NCBI RefSeq assembly: GCF_018977255.1
Contig: NW_024704742.1
Location: 7,070,001-7,134,000 of the forward strand
Reading direction: 5' to 3'
Source: Callorhinchus milii
Taxonomy: Eukaryota
DNA length: 64,000 bases
The notes under the pieces are model-generated. The model worked only from the letters and a program-made list of their open reading frames with translations. It did not search any database and was not told the DNA's origin. Shown piece after piece: positions 1-11,600 of this stretch. Both the position numbers and the translations under genes were made by a program. Position 1 is the stretch's first letter; each line of letters opens with the position of its first letter.

Positions 1-124
1 GAAAGATTTATTTCATTAAAAAAAACTCAAAACCTATCCTTCCTTCCTTTGTATATTTATAGATCATCTTGCCAAGGTTAGAAATATTACCAAGGAAATA
101 GTAAAAAGATAACTTAGCAGTAAT

Positions 125-315
125 ATTTTCACCCAAAGAGTAGTTTGAATGTGGAACACTCTGTCAAATAAGATGGTGGGGGCAGAGTCCATTGCGTGAA
201 AGAGAGGGGTTTGAAAGGCTATGGGGACATAAAGTGGGGCACTGGGATTGAAGCGATATCCTTGTTCTGCAAGCTTGTTGGACCAAATGACCTCTTTCTG
301 CGCTGTAGATATCTG
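125..315 (+). mobile_element. Degenerate CR1 LINE 3' end
   Basis: 'gtagtttgaatgtggaacactctgtca' resembles the CR1 ORF2 C-terminal VVxxWNxLP codons; 'ggaccaaatgacctctttctgcgctgtag' resembles the CR1 3' UTR end. Confidence 0.55.
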
Positions 316-508
316 TTTCTTTTTGAAAAGTAAAGGAGTTTCTCCCGGTATCCTGGTCAATCAGCCCCCAGTATAATTGGCCTTTTGTTTCATGGCTGTT
401 TGTGGGACATTACTATGTGCAAATTGGCTGTAATGTTTACCCCAAAATACAGCCCACTTTACAATAAATCCTGTGAAACATTTCGAGGCATCCTCGTGAA
501 ATGTAAGG

Positions 509-540
<32 letters not shown>
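316..540 (+). mobile_element. SINE-B (Deu-domain SINE) 3' half with (ATT)n tail
   Basis: 'ggagtttctcccggtatcctggtcaa...catggctgtttgtgggacatt...gtgaaatgtaaggattattatt' matches the other SINE-B copies. Confidence 0.8.
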
Positions 541-1189
541 GAGCAGAGCAGCAGTCAGCTCAGTCAGTTGAACTATTGCCTCCTACCACTGTATAGGTCC
601 CAAGTTCAAGTCGCAAGGCTTCCTGCCATTCAGATCTGCTTGGCTCATTCGGAGAGTTTTCTCAGCTGCCAGCCAGGCGCCTGGCTGGAGGGAGTGGGGG
701 AGTGATTTAAAAAAATATAGAAAAAGACATTTCAGTCCAAAGGTATGCTATACTGCATGGAAGCTGGGTTACGAAGCTAATAGCAGACTCAGTTACACAG
801 GTCTCAAATCACTTGACTGTCCTACATACTGAACGTATATTTACAGCATCAACAAATCTCAGTGAAATAAATTCAGACAAGCACTGAGATAAATTAATGA
901 TTCATTAAACGCTAACAGAAGCAATTCTGGAAACGAAATGTAGCAGGAAATTGTCCCAGTTCACATTGTTCAATAAATGATGGCACTGAGATACTTTTGA
1001 AGAATAAAAAGTGAAGCCAAGCTCAGTAGCAAAGCATGAACATAGATAGAATAGTCACCTCTGAGTGAGTTAGAAGGAGTTAGAGTGAGTTAGAAGGAAT
1101 GTTTCTATTGAAGGGGTCAGATGACGCCCAAAATTACAAGAGTAAAATAAACTGAGTTGCAATTGCTGACTTCAACCTTTTTGTATAAT

Positions 1190-1563
1190 GTGTCAGCCTG
1201 GCTCAGTTGGTAGCACTCTCGCCTCAGAAGTCAGAAGGTCCCGTGCCGGGACTTTGAACTCACATAGTCCAGGCTGATACGTGCTGGCGCGCTGCATTGT
1301 GAGAGACGCAGACCTTTGGATGAAACGTCAAACCAAGGTTCCATCAGTATGTTCAAGTGCATGTTAAAGATCCCATGGCACTACTTGAAAAAAGAAATTA
1401 TTTTTTTCAGCTGTCCTGTTCAACAAGCCCCCAAATAAAATTGCTCATTCACTTCATGGCTGTTTGTGGTCTTTACTATGAGTATATGCTGTGAAGCACT
1501 TTGAGATGTCCACATGACATAAGAGGTACTATACCATTGCAAGGATTATTACTAATATTATTA
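1190..1563 (+). mobile_element. SINE-B, near full length
   Basis: A-box head 'tgtcagcctggctcagttggtagcactctcgcctc', Deu-domain-like 'tggatgaaacgtcaaaccaaggt...gttaaagatcccatggcacta', L2-like tail. Confidence 0.85.
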
Positions 1564-2421
1564 TTAATAATAATATAATAAAGCTGGGCAAGAATAAGCT
1601 CAGTCAATTCAGCCTTTCCCTCCTAAAGTTCCAAACTACTTCCTACCTCCTACACGTTGGCTAACTGTGTCTCACCTTTTTTCAATTGTCAAATTGATAC
1701 CTAATTAAAAGCTGAAACAAAAGTTGAGGAATGCTCAACATGGAAACACCCACACAGCACAAGAGGCAGTAAGTAATAAGGCACAAACTCAATTCATATA
1801 GTTAGTTAATAGAAGGTACATAGATTTATCATTATATAAACACATTTATATTCAAGCTGTTATTAGGTATCAAATCCTGGTTTGCTCTTTAGTTGTAATG
1901 AAAACTATTAGACTATTAGTTGTAATGAAATCATTATTGACCTAATATAGCTGTGTAGGAACAGGAGAAGGCCATTCAGTCTTTCAAGCCTTTATATGGA
2001 TCACTGAATAATTCCAGCTCTGCAAAGATTGGTACTCTCTCGCAGACTATGGCTCAACCTTTCCCAGACTATGGGATTGGAACAGTATTAACAGTGGTGT
2101 CAGGAATCTTCCAATGGTACAGATCTCCAGACTCCATAGGAGTTTGTGTCACTGCTGTTGAGAAATCTACCATTGTGTCTCCACTGTTGAAATGTCTACC
2201 AGTACTCGTCAAACCCTCACTGATAATGCCCATAACACAGGAGAAAACAAAAAGACTTTCTCGGTCTTCAGCAGTCAAAGAGGGGCAGGTGAAAATAGCG
2301 GAGAAAATTGTTGGAGGAACTAAAAATATTTCTCGTGAAATTGGCAAAGGATTCTGGAAGTTATTTGAAGCTAATTCGCAGACCACAGTTATATAAGATC
2401 CATTCTAAGATTTTACATATT

Positions 2422-2611
2422 GATAATAATTCTTGGATTTGATATAGCGCCTTATCACGTCTTTGAGACGTCTCAAAGCGCTTCACAGAATATACTATAA
2501 AGTGAATTGACTGTATATTTTGTGGGCGAAACGTGGCAGTTGATTGGATACAGCAGTCATGAATTGAGCGACCAAATTATTATTTTTTAAGGGATTATTA
2601 CCACAGGAAAA
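2422..2611 (-). mobile_element. SINE-A, 5'-truncated
   Basis: Reverse complement of the SINE-A tail and body ('gatatagcgccttatcacgtctttgagacgtctcaaagcgcttcacagaa'). Confidence 0.9.
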
Positions 2612-2624
2612 ACATTGAAAAAAA

Positions 2625-2846
2625 TTATAGGTATTCGAAGAATCAGAGGTCAACTCTTTAACCTGAAGGTAGTTACTGACTGGAACAGGTTGCCAGGCAG
2701 GGAGTTGAGGCCAGAACACTGGGCTCATTTAAAAAGAAACTTGATGCTGTGGTGGGGAGATGTTTGGGAGGATATTCAGGAATTAGATCAAATTTGCCGA
2801 AGGGCCTTCTTATCCAAACCAAACAAACCTTGTGACCTTGTGATCT
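2625..2846 (+). mobile_element. CR1 LINE 3' end with (TTGTGAYC)n tail
   Basis: Translates to FNLKVVTDWNRLP (CR1 ORF2 C-terminus); ends 'ttgtgaccttgtgatc'; same family as 56640-56919. Confidence 0.8.
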
Positions 2847-2973
2847 CCCAATAACTCATAGAGCTGGTTTATCTGGTGAGAGGTGCCAGAGATCGGATTA
2901 TATGGGAATATCTTTGAACAGAACAACAACAACAAATTACACTCGTATAGCACCCTTCACATCGGAACAGGAT

Positions 2974-3313
2974 AATAATAATAGTCCTTTTGATATTGCG
3001 CCTTATCATTTTCGGAGGATGTCTCAAAGCTTCACAAGATTTACTGTAAAGTGTAGTGACTGTATTTTGTAGACGAACATGGCAGCCTATTTGCACACAA
3101 GGTTTCATTACAGTCATGACGAATTGTATCTAGAGGATTGTTGACCAGGACATTGGGAGAAACCTTTCCCTTTTCTTTTAAGAATTCTGCCTTGGGAGAT
3201 TTTTAATGTCCACTTGATCAGGCAGATGGGCCTTAGTTTAACTTCTCACCCGAAAGGCACCTTCTACAACGAGGCAATCCCCCAACATTGCAATGGAATG
3301 TCAGTCTAGATAT
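2974..3313 (-). mobile_element. SINE-B
   Basis: Reverse complement of tail and Deu domain ('tttaatgtccacttgatcaggcagatgggccttagtttaacttctcacccgaaagg'). Confidence 0.8.
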
Positions 3314-4043
3314 AATGTTGCTTACGCTCTATCTGCTTCTGGCATTATCCTTCACCTGCCACGTTAATGTGCCTTTCGAGAGATCCATCTAAACACAGAT
3401 GATAGGAATTGGAATTGAATGCTGCGTTGGAAAACAGCACTGTTTGCAGCTAAGTAGCTGATTATTGGAAGTTGGAAGCCGGCCTTGATGTTGAATGTTG
3501 GAGGCTGGATGGATTTAATGATGGAGATTGTGCCAGTTTAGCAGCTAGCTTCTAAGATAGAGTTGAGGTCCTCACTCTTGAAACATTGCAATTTCCTTCT
3601 CAGTTTGTGAAATAATTATTTTTTTGAAATTAAATATTGTGTTACATGGTGTGAATCTCTCTTCTCTATCACACCAGCCATATTTTTCCTCTGAAAATAA
3701 AGAAAACTTGTTTATGCTGTGTTTTTTCTTTGCCCTCTGCTGTTTAATCTTTAGAGCTCTGTTGGATTTTTCTGAAGTCATTGCTTTTCCTTGTTCAGGT
3801 CTCACATAGCTCCATCCATAGCTTCATATAAAATAAAACGATAGTGGCCTGAAAATCCACCTGGTATTTGCTTTAAACCTATTTTCTTACAGTTTCAGAT
3901 TGTACAACATTTTGGCAAATTCTGAAAACAAGTTTGTCTACATTTTGAGCCATTTCCCTTTTTAAGAACTACAGAAGTCCCATTTTGCAAATTAAGACCA
4001 TTCTACTGTATCTGAAGCTTCAAGAAAATAATTTTATATAATA

Positions 4044-4409
4044 AATAATAATAATCCTTCCATTTGATATAGCGTCTTATATCTTTGAGACGTTTCAAAG
4101 TGCTTCACAGAATATACTGTAAAGTGATTTGATTACATTTTGTGGGTGAAACGTGGCAGCCAATTATGCACAGAGGTGTCCCACAAACAGTCATGGATTG
4201 AAGTGAACAATTTCTTTTTTGTTGAGGGAATTATCACCCCCCTGAAAAGCAAAACAAAATCAACTAACAACTGGGTTCCTACGTACTGCTAGGTAAACAG
4301 AGGAGTGTGGAATAAGGAAACTTGCCCAACGTTTCGCCCTGTCGGGAATTGAACCCAGGTCTCTAGCTTGCGAGGCGAGTGCTCTAACCACTGAGCTACA
4401 GGACTCCAC
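4044..4409 (-). mobile_element. SINE-A, full length
   Basis: tRNA-like head (rc 'gtggagtcctgtagctcagtggttagagcactcgcctcgcaagc...ctgggttcaattccc'), CORE-like 'gggcaagtttccttattccacac', (ATT)n tail. Confidence 0.93.
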
Positions 4410-5319
4410 TTCTACAAATATTACGGCTAAAACCAAGTAGAATTTTGAGGCTTGGATTTAGTTCAAAATGTACAATAGAAATTTACATTTACAGAGTGCC
4501 TTTAATTTCGAGATGACACCCAAAACTCTTGATATTGGTGGCTATCATTGTTAATACTGAAAAGTATTGCTTTATATATCATAGTATCATAGAATTATAC
4601 AGCACAGAAGGAGGCCATAGCCCATTGTGTCTGTGCCGGAGGATATCACAGCATCTGCACTGTTTCTCGGATATCATTACTCTCCAACACATTCTTCTTA
4701 CATCCACAGGAGATTAAGTCCTGGTATTTTTGAGATTCAATCCAAGCAATAGTACAAGACTTTTCTTTATACCAAGATGTAATAGGAACACCGAGGCTGC
4801 TATCCATCTGGTATCAGAAATTCAAGCAATGACTCCAAAATAGTAACCAAAATATATACTAAATACTGTAAAATATTTTTTCTAAAATATTTTGATTCAT
4901 TGCTTCTCATTTTCTTTGGCTCCCTTACAGTCATTAAATGTTACTACCCGAACCCATTCTCTCTTTGTGTCCCTCACAGTGTGGTGCCTGTATAACAGTG
5001 TGTGGGAATGTTAATCCGTATAATTGGCAGCTCCAGTGTTGTGCTCTTTGTTGGTGTGCAGTGGATTATAATTATATTGCTTTGTTAAGTGACAAAGGAT
5101 CTTGATCACTTGGTGCTGTAAAAGACCCGTTGGAACTTATGTTTCTCAGCAGATGATGTATGTATTGTTGCACGCAAATATGTTCTTGCTGTAGGGGCCA
5201 GACTGGGAACAATGATCAGCTACTGTTAACCCTGCAAGTCAAAGCACTTACAAGTAGGGAGGTCCTAGCTGGACAACCAGCAGGAAGCTTGCTGGACAGT
5301 GGCCTCGGTGGTTTTAGCC

Positions 5320-5767
5320 GGAATTCAAGATCCCCATCCTCACCTACAAGGCCATTCACGGCCTTACTCCCTCCTACCTCTCTGACCTACCAACCCCTAC
5401 CTACCGGCCCATACCCTCCGTTCCTCTGGCGGAGGACATCCTCTGTCTGCTCCACATCCCCCGCCCCAACCGCCCTACCATCGGTGGCCGGGCCTTCAGC
5501 CTCTCAGCCCCGAGGCTCTGGAACTCTATCCCCCAGTGCCTTCGCCGCCTCCTCCCTTTCCTCCTTCAAGGCCGGTCTCAAGACCTTTCTCTTTGACCGT
5601 GCCTTCAGCTCCCCTCTCGACTCTCTACCCCCTCCTCGCTCCCTCCCTTCCCTCCCCTCACTCTGACCATTTCCCCCCTGCTCGGGTCCTGACTCAACTG
5701 TACAGCGCCTTGGGACGTATTCCCAATGTGAAAGGCACTCTATAAATGGAATCTTGTTGCTGTTGTT
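5320..5767 (+). mobile_element. L2 LINE 3' fragment
   Basis: Encodes GGRAFSLSAPRLWNS...SSFKAGLKTFLFDRAF (L2 ORF2 C-terminus); tail 'cagcgccttgggacgt...gtgaaaggcactctataaatg...ttgttg'. Confidence 0.9.
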
Positions 5768-6318
5768 TAGCTGTTTGGTTAAACTCCCAGCATGACCCTT
5801 CCAACTCTCCTAATATTCTCCGGAGTTAGGTAAGCAGAATGCGTCCCTCCGAGAAGAGATAGTGCAATCAGTACCAGAGCCAGGAAATTTTCCATGTAGG
5901 TTACATATATATGTGGAACTCTCAGATTGGTTGGGATACCCTACCAACCCGCCCGCTCTCTCCGTTCAGCGGGCTCCGGTCTGCTCCATGTCTCCCGCCC
6001 GACCCGCCCTACCATCGGTAGCCGGGCTTTCAGCCTCTCTGCCCCCACACTCTCGAACTTCATCCCACGGTCCCTTCACCTCGCTTCCTCCCTTGCCTCC
6101 TTCAAGCTCGGTCTCAAGATCCTTCTCTTCGACCGTGCCTTTGGTCTCGCTCCCACCTCTCTGCCTTCTCTCAACCCTACAACACCCCTCCCCCCATGCT
6201 CGGGCCCCGACAGCTGACTGTTCAGCGCTTTGGGACATCCTCCCGACGTGAAAGGCACTCTATAAATGTCATTTTGCTGTTGTTGTTGTTGATGGGTTTC
6301 CTCATGTGGCTGACCCCT
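5766..6318 (-). repeat. Unclassified old dispersed repeat (family X), split by an L2 insertion at 5936-6290
   Basis: The reverse complements of 5766-5940 and 6291-6318 align in blocks to 43735-43983 and 40850-41137. Confidence 0.6.
5936..6290 (+). mobile_element. L2 LINE 3' fragment
   Basis: YQPARSLRSAGSGLLHV...SRAFSLSAPTL...LKILLFDRAF; stem-loop tail and (TTG)n. Confidence 0.92.
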
Positions 6319-7054
6319 AAAAAATTTGTGCTGTATTTCATGACAGAGAGGGTAGATATGCAGTGTGTGGTGTAATAATTATCACTGGCGGAAATATCTG
6401 GTGCTACCAAATTAACTCAAAATTGCGAGAGGAAAAGAAAATCACAATATTGGGAAACTTAAACATGAATTACAGTCTTGGCTACTACTTGCATGTGGGC
6501 TACCCACCAGTTAGCACGTTGCTGATTTCTTGCAGTGCACCATGAACAGCATTGAGTCAAGGCGAGCTGACTGGAGAAGGGGAAAACGGTAGAAATTCAC
6601 ATTTCAGCACCTCCAGCTCTGTATTGGCAATGGCTGTGGCAATTTTAACCTTCCGTGTTCTGCCATCTCAGCTGATATCCAGTAAACATGGCCAACAAGG
6701 GGTTGAAATACGTGCAAATATTTGATATTTTCAAAGAGAAATAGCAGTAATAAAAAAATTAATACTCTTTAAATTTGATATAGCGCCTTATCACGTCTTC
6801 TGGACGTCTCAAAGCGTTTCACAGAATATACTGTAAAGTGAATTGACTGTAGATTTTGTTGTGCGGTAATGCATCATTGTTGCATTGCTTTACATTGTTA
6901 ATTTTCTGGCAGTGCCTTGTGAGTTGTAGGATATTAAGTTTTAACTGGCATCACTTAACAATTGTCATTTTACCATAGTTAATTCTATTCCTGGGCTCAC
7001 ACAGCTAAAGAAAAACTGTCCTGTCCACCTAAACCCATTTGTTTAACCCATTTA

Positions 7055-7286
7055 AACCTTCAGCCACTACTCCCCGAGGCTCTGGAACTCCCTTCCTCAC
7101 TCCCTGCGTCTCGCTCCCTCCCTTCCCATTTTCAGGTCTCTGCTGAAGACCTTTCTTTTCGACCGCACCTTTGGTCACCTTCCCGCCCCCCCTCCCTCTG
7201 GCTCGATCACGGGATCCGTTGCTGTAAAGCGCTCTGAGACGCCATCCGGCGTGGAGGGCGTTATACAAATCTAAGATGTTGTTGTT
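7055..7286 (+). mobile_element. L2 LINE 3' fragment (second tail type)
   Basis: 'ttcagccactactccccgaggctctggaactcccttcc...gaagacctttcttttcgaccgc...gtggagggcgttatacaaatctaagatgttgttg'. Confidence 0.85.
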
Positions 7287-7544
7287 ACTTAGAGTAGAAT
7301 ATTAACTGTGGATTCAAGCTAAAGTCTCACAAGTATTAGCTTGTTACTTTAACAATAATCTTTACATTTGGTATAGCGCCTTTTCATGTCAGAAGGATGT
7401 CCCAAAGTGTTTCACAAGCTGTATTGTAAAGTGCAGTGATTATGGGTTCAGTCTGGGAAAGTGACTGAGCAGACTGTGGAAGAGAGTGTAAGTGTAAAAT
7501 AAAGGAACTAGTGAATTGAAACTGTGTTTTGGCTTTACAAACAT

Positions 7545-7860
7545 TACACAATCCCAAATGACATTTGTAAAGCGCCTTTCACGTCGGGAGGACGTCCCAA
7601 GGTGCTGGACAGTCAGGGATTTGGACCCCAAGCAGGGTGTATGGGATCAGGGAAGGTGGAGGGCAGGGAGTGTAGGGGAAGGAGGGTAGCCAAAGGAAAT
7701 GTCGAAGAGGAGGGCCTTGAGAAGTGCCTTGAAAGAGGCAAGAGAGGGGGTGAGGCGAAGGGAATGTGGGACGGAGTTCCATAGGGTGGGGGCAGAGAGG
7801 CTGAAGGCCTGACCGCCCATGGTGGTACGGGCCAGGCGGGGGACGTGGGGCAGGTCACAG
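7545..7860 (-). mobile_element. L2 LINE 3' fragment
   Basis: Reverse-complement tail 'gcgcctttcacgtcgggaggacgtcccaaggtgctg' and ORF2 C-terminal codons. Confidence 0.9.
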
Positions 7861-8354
7861 TCTGTTGAGTGGAGAACGCATAACTATGTACTGTATTTGG
7901 TACGTTTCAGAAAGTACGGTATAGTACTCAGCATAAACAATAAAGATTTTCTGCTTCACCACATTTGGTCCCAGTGAAAGACAGCCAAGGCTGTTATTAG
8001 TGATAACAAGTGGAGTACAGCAGAATTGATGTGTTGAGTACAGCCTTTCTCACAAGCAGCAGGAGGTGGAATATATTGGCAGTGAATTTGGTGGAGGAAT
8101 TTTTGAGGAATTTTAATTAAAAATTTAAGGGGTATATATTTGCCAGCAATTATTTTAAATACTTTGTGGCCTTGGTTCGGTGTCCCTAGTGGGTAACACA
8201 AATGTTTTTTTGGACAGAAACAACATGGATAGGAGTTATATCATTCCAGGATATTATTGTGGAGACAGCTTATGATAGATAATGTGCATTATTTTCAAAG
8301 CTAAAAAATAAACTCAGCGCTTAGAGGTTTACTGTTAATGCCACACCTGACAAT

Positions 8355-8540
8355 AAAAATAATAATAATGATCATTGCATTGGATATAGCACCTTATCAC
8401 GTTTTCAAGACGTCTCAATGCGCTTCACAGAATATACCGAAAAATGAATTGACTGTGTATTTTCTGGGAGAAATGCGGTAGCCAATTCACACAGCAGTGT
8501 CCCACGAAAGGTCGTGGATTGAATGACTAATTTTTTTTTG
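8355..8540 (-). mobile_element. SINE-A, 5'-truncated
   Basis: Reverse complement of tail and body. Confidence 0.8.
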
Positions 8541-9369
8541 GTATCAAATATTAGAATTGACATATGGTGACACTCTAATAGTCGGGTGGGAAAGATGACC
8601 TGTGTTTAAACTAAACAACCTGAAATACCACACACAGTTACCACACAGAGGAAAGCTAAGTATTTCCCTATGTAGTTAGCTACACACATATATTCATTCC
8701 ATGCCTAACACAGCTATTATGCTGTACTGTGGTTAAAGTTAGTGGAGGACTAGAAACCCTTGTTATTTTCAAAATAAGGTAAAGTAAGGAATTAACAGAA
8801 TACACAAAGGAACACTCCCAGATAAACTTCAACAATGGTTTATGTATTCTTATGTATTTTGTTTAAAATACTTGCATTTGTTATATCACCTTTCACATCA
8901 GGAGGGACTTCATAAGTGAACAACCTTTAGCATTGACACAAAGGGTCTGCAGCCTGTGGTCAAAAAAACAAGTCTTTTTTTGTTTGATCAGCTAAAGAAG
9001 GAGTACATTCCATTGTAAAACATATGGTTCAGACAGTAACCCTCCCTTTTAATCTGCTGGCTAATTATAACAATAAGAGCTTTAAATATTTCTTCAGAGG
9101 CTTTTCACAAGGAGTCATGAATAGTGCTGGGCATATTCCACCATTCCTCAAAAGGACCGTGAGTGAAGTTAGATGTGTAAGACAATGTCTGTGGGGAAGC
9201 TTGTGTTTTTGTTGACGCATGTACTCGCTTTTTTCAAACAATGTACTCCTAACTCCAACCTGGCATTTCTCATTGCTAGATTGATAATAAAAAGTGACTG
9301 GATTCTCCTCCCTTTGGGTTGGTATTTGGGTGCTGCGATACTGGGACCTAAGTGATTAATGCAAGTTTA

Positions 9370-11600
9370 TCTTTATGCTGTTTCTGCGTGACGGGAGCGT
9401 GGAAAGAATGAGCAGGGTAATTAACTTCAATGACTTGTTAGAAAGGTTGCGTGTGCAGGAGGAAATTGAGGTTGTAGATAACTGGGAAACTATTTCAAGT
9501 AGATGAAGCATTCATAAGGAAGGATGAACACTTAGCTGAATGGGGAGCTAAACTCCTGGCACAAAACATAAAAGCAGCTTTATGGGTTTCATTTAAACTA
9601 GATTTAGAGAGTGGGACAATTCAGTAGATAAGAAAGCCTTTTGATCACTAGAGAGAGACGAGAGGAGTTGAAATTAAGAATAAAAGGAAAAGCAAAATAG
9701 ACTAAAAATATCTAAATCAAGAACATTTAGATCTCAGAAAGCTCCGGATAGCAAGGCCAAGCAACTAGACATGAAGGATGGGGAGAGAATAAAATTAAAC
9801 ATAGAATCACCGGTCCAGCGCCTTGGGACATCCTCCCAACGTGAAAATAATAACATAATAATAATAATCCTTGCATTTGATATAGCATTTTTCACATCTT
9901 CTAGACATCTAAAAGGGCTTCACGGAATATACTGTAAAGTGAATTGACTGTATATTTGTGGGCAAAATGCAGCAGCCAATTGCTCCAAGCACTGTGCCAC
10001 AAATAGTCATGGATTGAATGACCAAATTATTATTTTATTTTTTGAGGGATTATTATCCTTGGAAAAGCGATCTGCCAATCGACCAACAATCAGATCTCTA
10101 CTTACTGCTAGGTAAACAAAGGCGTGTGGAGTAAGGAAACTTGCCCAACTTTCGACCTGCGAAATAGTGTTTCGTATAGTGTTTCATATTATTCGTATAG
10201 TGAAAGGCACTATACAAATAATATATAATAATATTAATCCTTGCATTTGATATAGCACCTCATCACGTCTTTGAGAGGTCTCAAAGCGCTTCATAGAATA
10301 TACTGTAAAGTGTAGTGACTGCATATTTTATGGGTGAAACAAATGTAATTTGTAACTGGTAATTACGATATAGTGGGAATCACAAATAGATGACTAAATC
10401 AGGATGATGACAGTTAATCCAATTTATAAGGGTACAGGTTATTCAGGAAAGGTAAGAGCGATAGGAAATGTGGAGGAGTTCCTGTATAGAGTATGTTAGG
10501 AGAATGTGGGAGATTAAGGTCGTAAAATCCACATTACAGGATCAATCATGGTATCAAATCCTCTGGTTAGATTTATTGTGTCTTCTGGGTGTCTAAGACA
10601 TCTGGTTAGATGTCCTCAACAAGAAAAGGGAAACATTTAGGGTTTGCTTTAGAAGGCCAGGCCAAAGTAGTGAAAGCAACCTGTCGCTGTTTGATAATAT
10701 TAGGAATATATGTGAGAAAAAGAAGATAGGGGACTGATTGGGGACTTCAATCAGGCCGACGTAAACTGGGAATGCCCAAGTGGGAAAGACTCTGAGCTCG
10801 TAAATGGAGTGTATGACTGCTTCCTGACTCAAGTCTGTCGGGGGAGCCCACAAGAGGAGATTCTCTCCTTGACTTAGTTCCAGTCAGTGATCCAGACACT
10901 ATTTAGAAAGTAGAAGCAATTGTAGCACTAGGTAACAGTGATCACAGCTGTCACCAATTTGACTTGGGAAATGGCACAAGCCAGCAAGCAAACTTTAATG
11001 TACAACAACAACTTGCATTTACGTAGCGCCCTTCACGTGGGGTAACATCCTGGAGCGCTTGACAGTGGCAGAGTCTGACCCCGAGCCGGGGGGAGAGGGA
11101 AGGGGGAGGTGACCGTAAGCACAATCAAAAATGTACAACTTTGGATGGGCAAACATCAGGGGTGTGTGGGCTGAGCTAAGTGATATAGTGAGCTTAGTGA
11201 CTCTCCTGAACTTTGCAGCTCGTGTCCTTTTCCACACCAAGCTCTGCAAAGCCTTTCACCCTCGCCCCCTCCCAGCTCCATTGGCTCCCCATCCCTCAGC
11301 GATTCAAGTTCAAAAACATCTACAAACCCTTCCACATTCTCGCCCCTACCCTACATCTGCACCTGTATCAGTGTAATATATAGAGCAACTACAAAAATCT
11401 AAATTGGTATTGTATAGGCCGGGAGGCATTGCTCAATGACAAATCTAAATATATGGGCAACCTTTGAAAATATGAAGCAGTGCATGCAGGACAAGTACAT
11501 ACCCAAGTTCAGCAGGAGCCGATTAAACAACAACACTCAAAAATGTCTCAACAGGACAATAAAAAGAGATTAAGAAGAAAAGATTTACAAAGCTGGGTGA
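9370..11600 (+). mobile_element. Fragmented CR1 LINE 5' region (ORF1 esterase end, ORF2 APE endonuclease, linker), interrupted by younger SINE and L2 insertions
   Basis: Manual translation: 9410-9600 NFNDLLERL..VVDNWE..KDEHLAEWGAKLLAQNI (SGNH esterase DGLHL..G..LLA motif); 10365-10960 DIVGIT, GYRLFRK, LIGDFNQADVNW, EPTRGDSLLDLV, LGNSDH (APE motifs). Stops and frameshifts throughout. Confidence 0.8.
9855..10160 (-). mobile_element. SINE-A lacking head, inserted into an L2 tail
   Basis: SINE-A body. The L2 tail is split between 9815-9846 and 10200-10220 with 'gtgaaa' duplicated. Confidence 0.88.

Noticed and set aside
1062..1098. Short tandem duplications (also 1889-1942) and AT-rich low complexity at 41060-41115
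   Set aside because: Ordinary slippage products with no further structure.
4335..4409. tRNA-Ala genes
   Set aside because: Each head continues into the SINE body and tail, so these are SINE heads.
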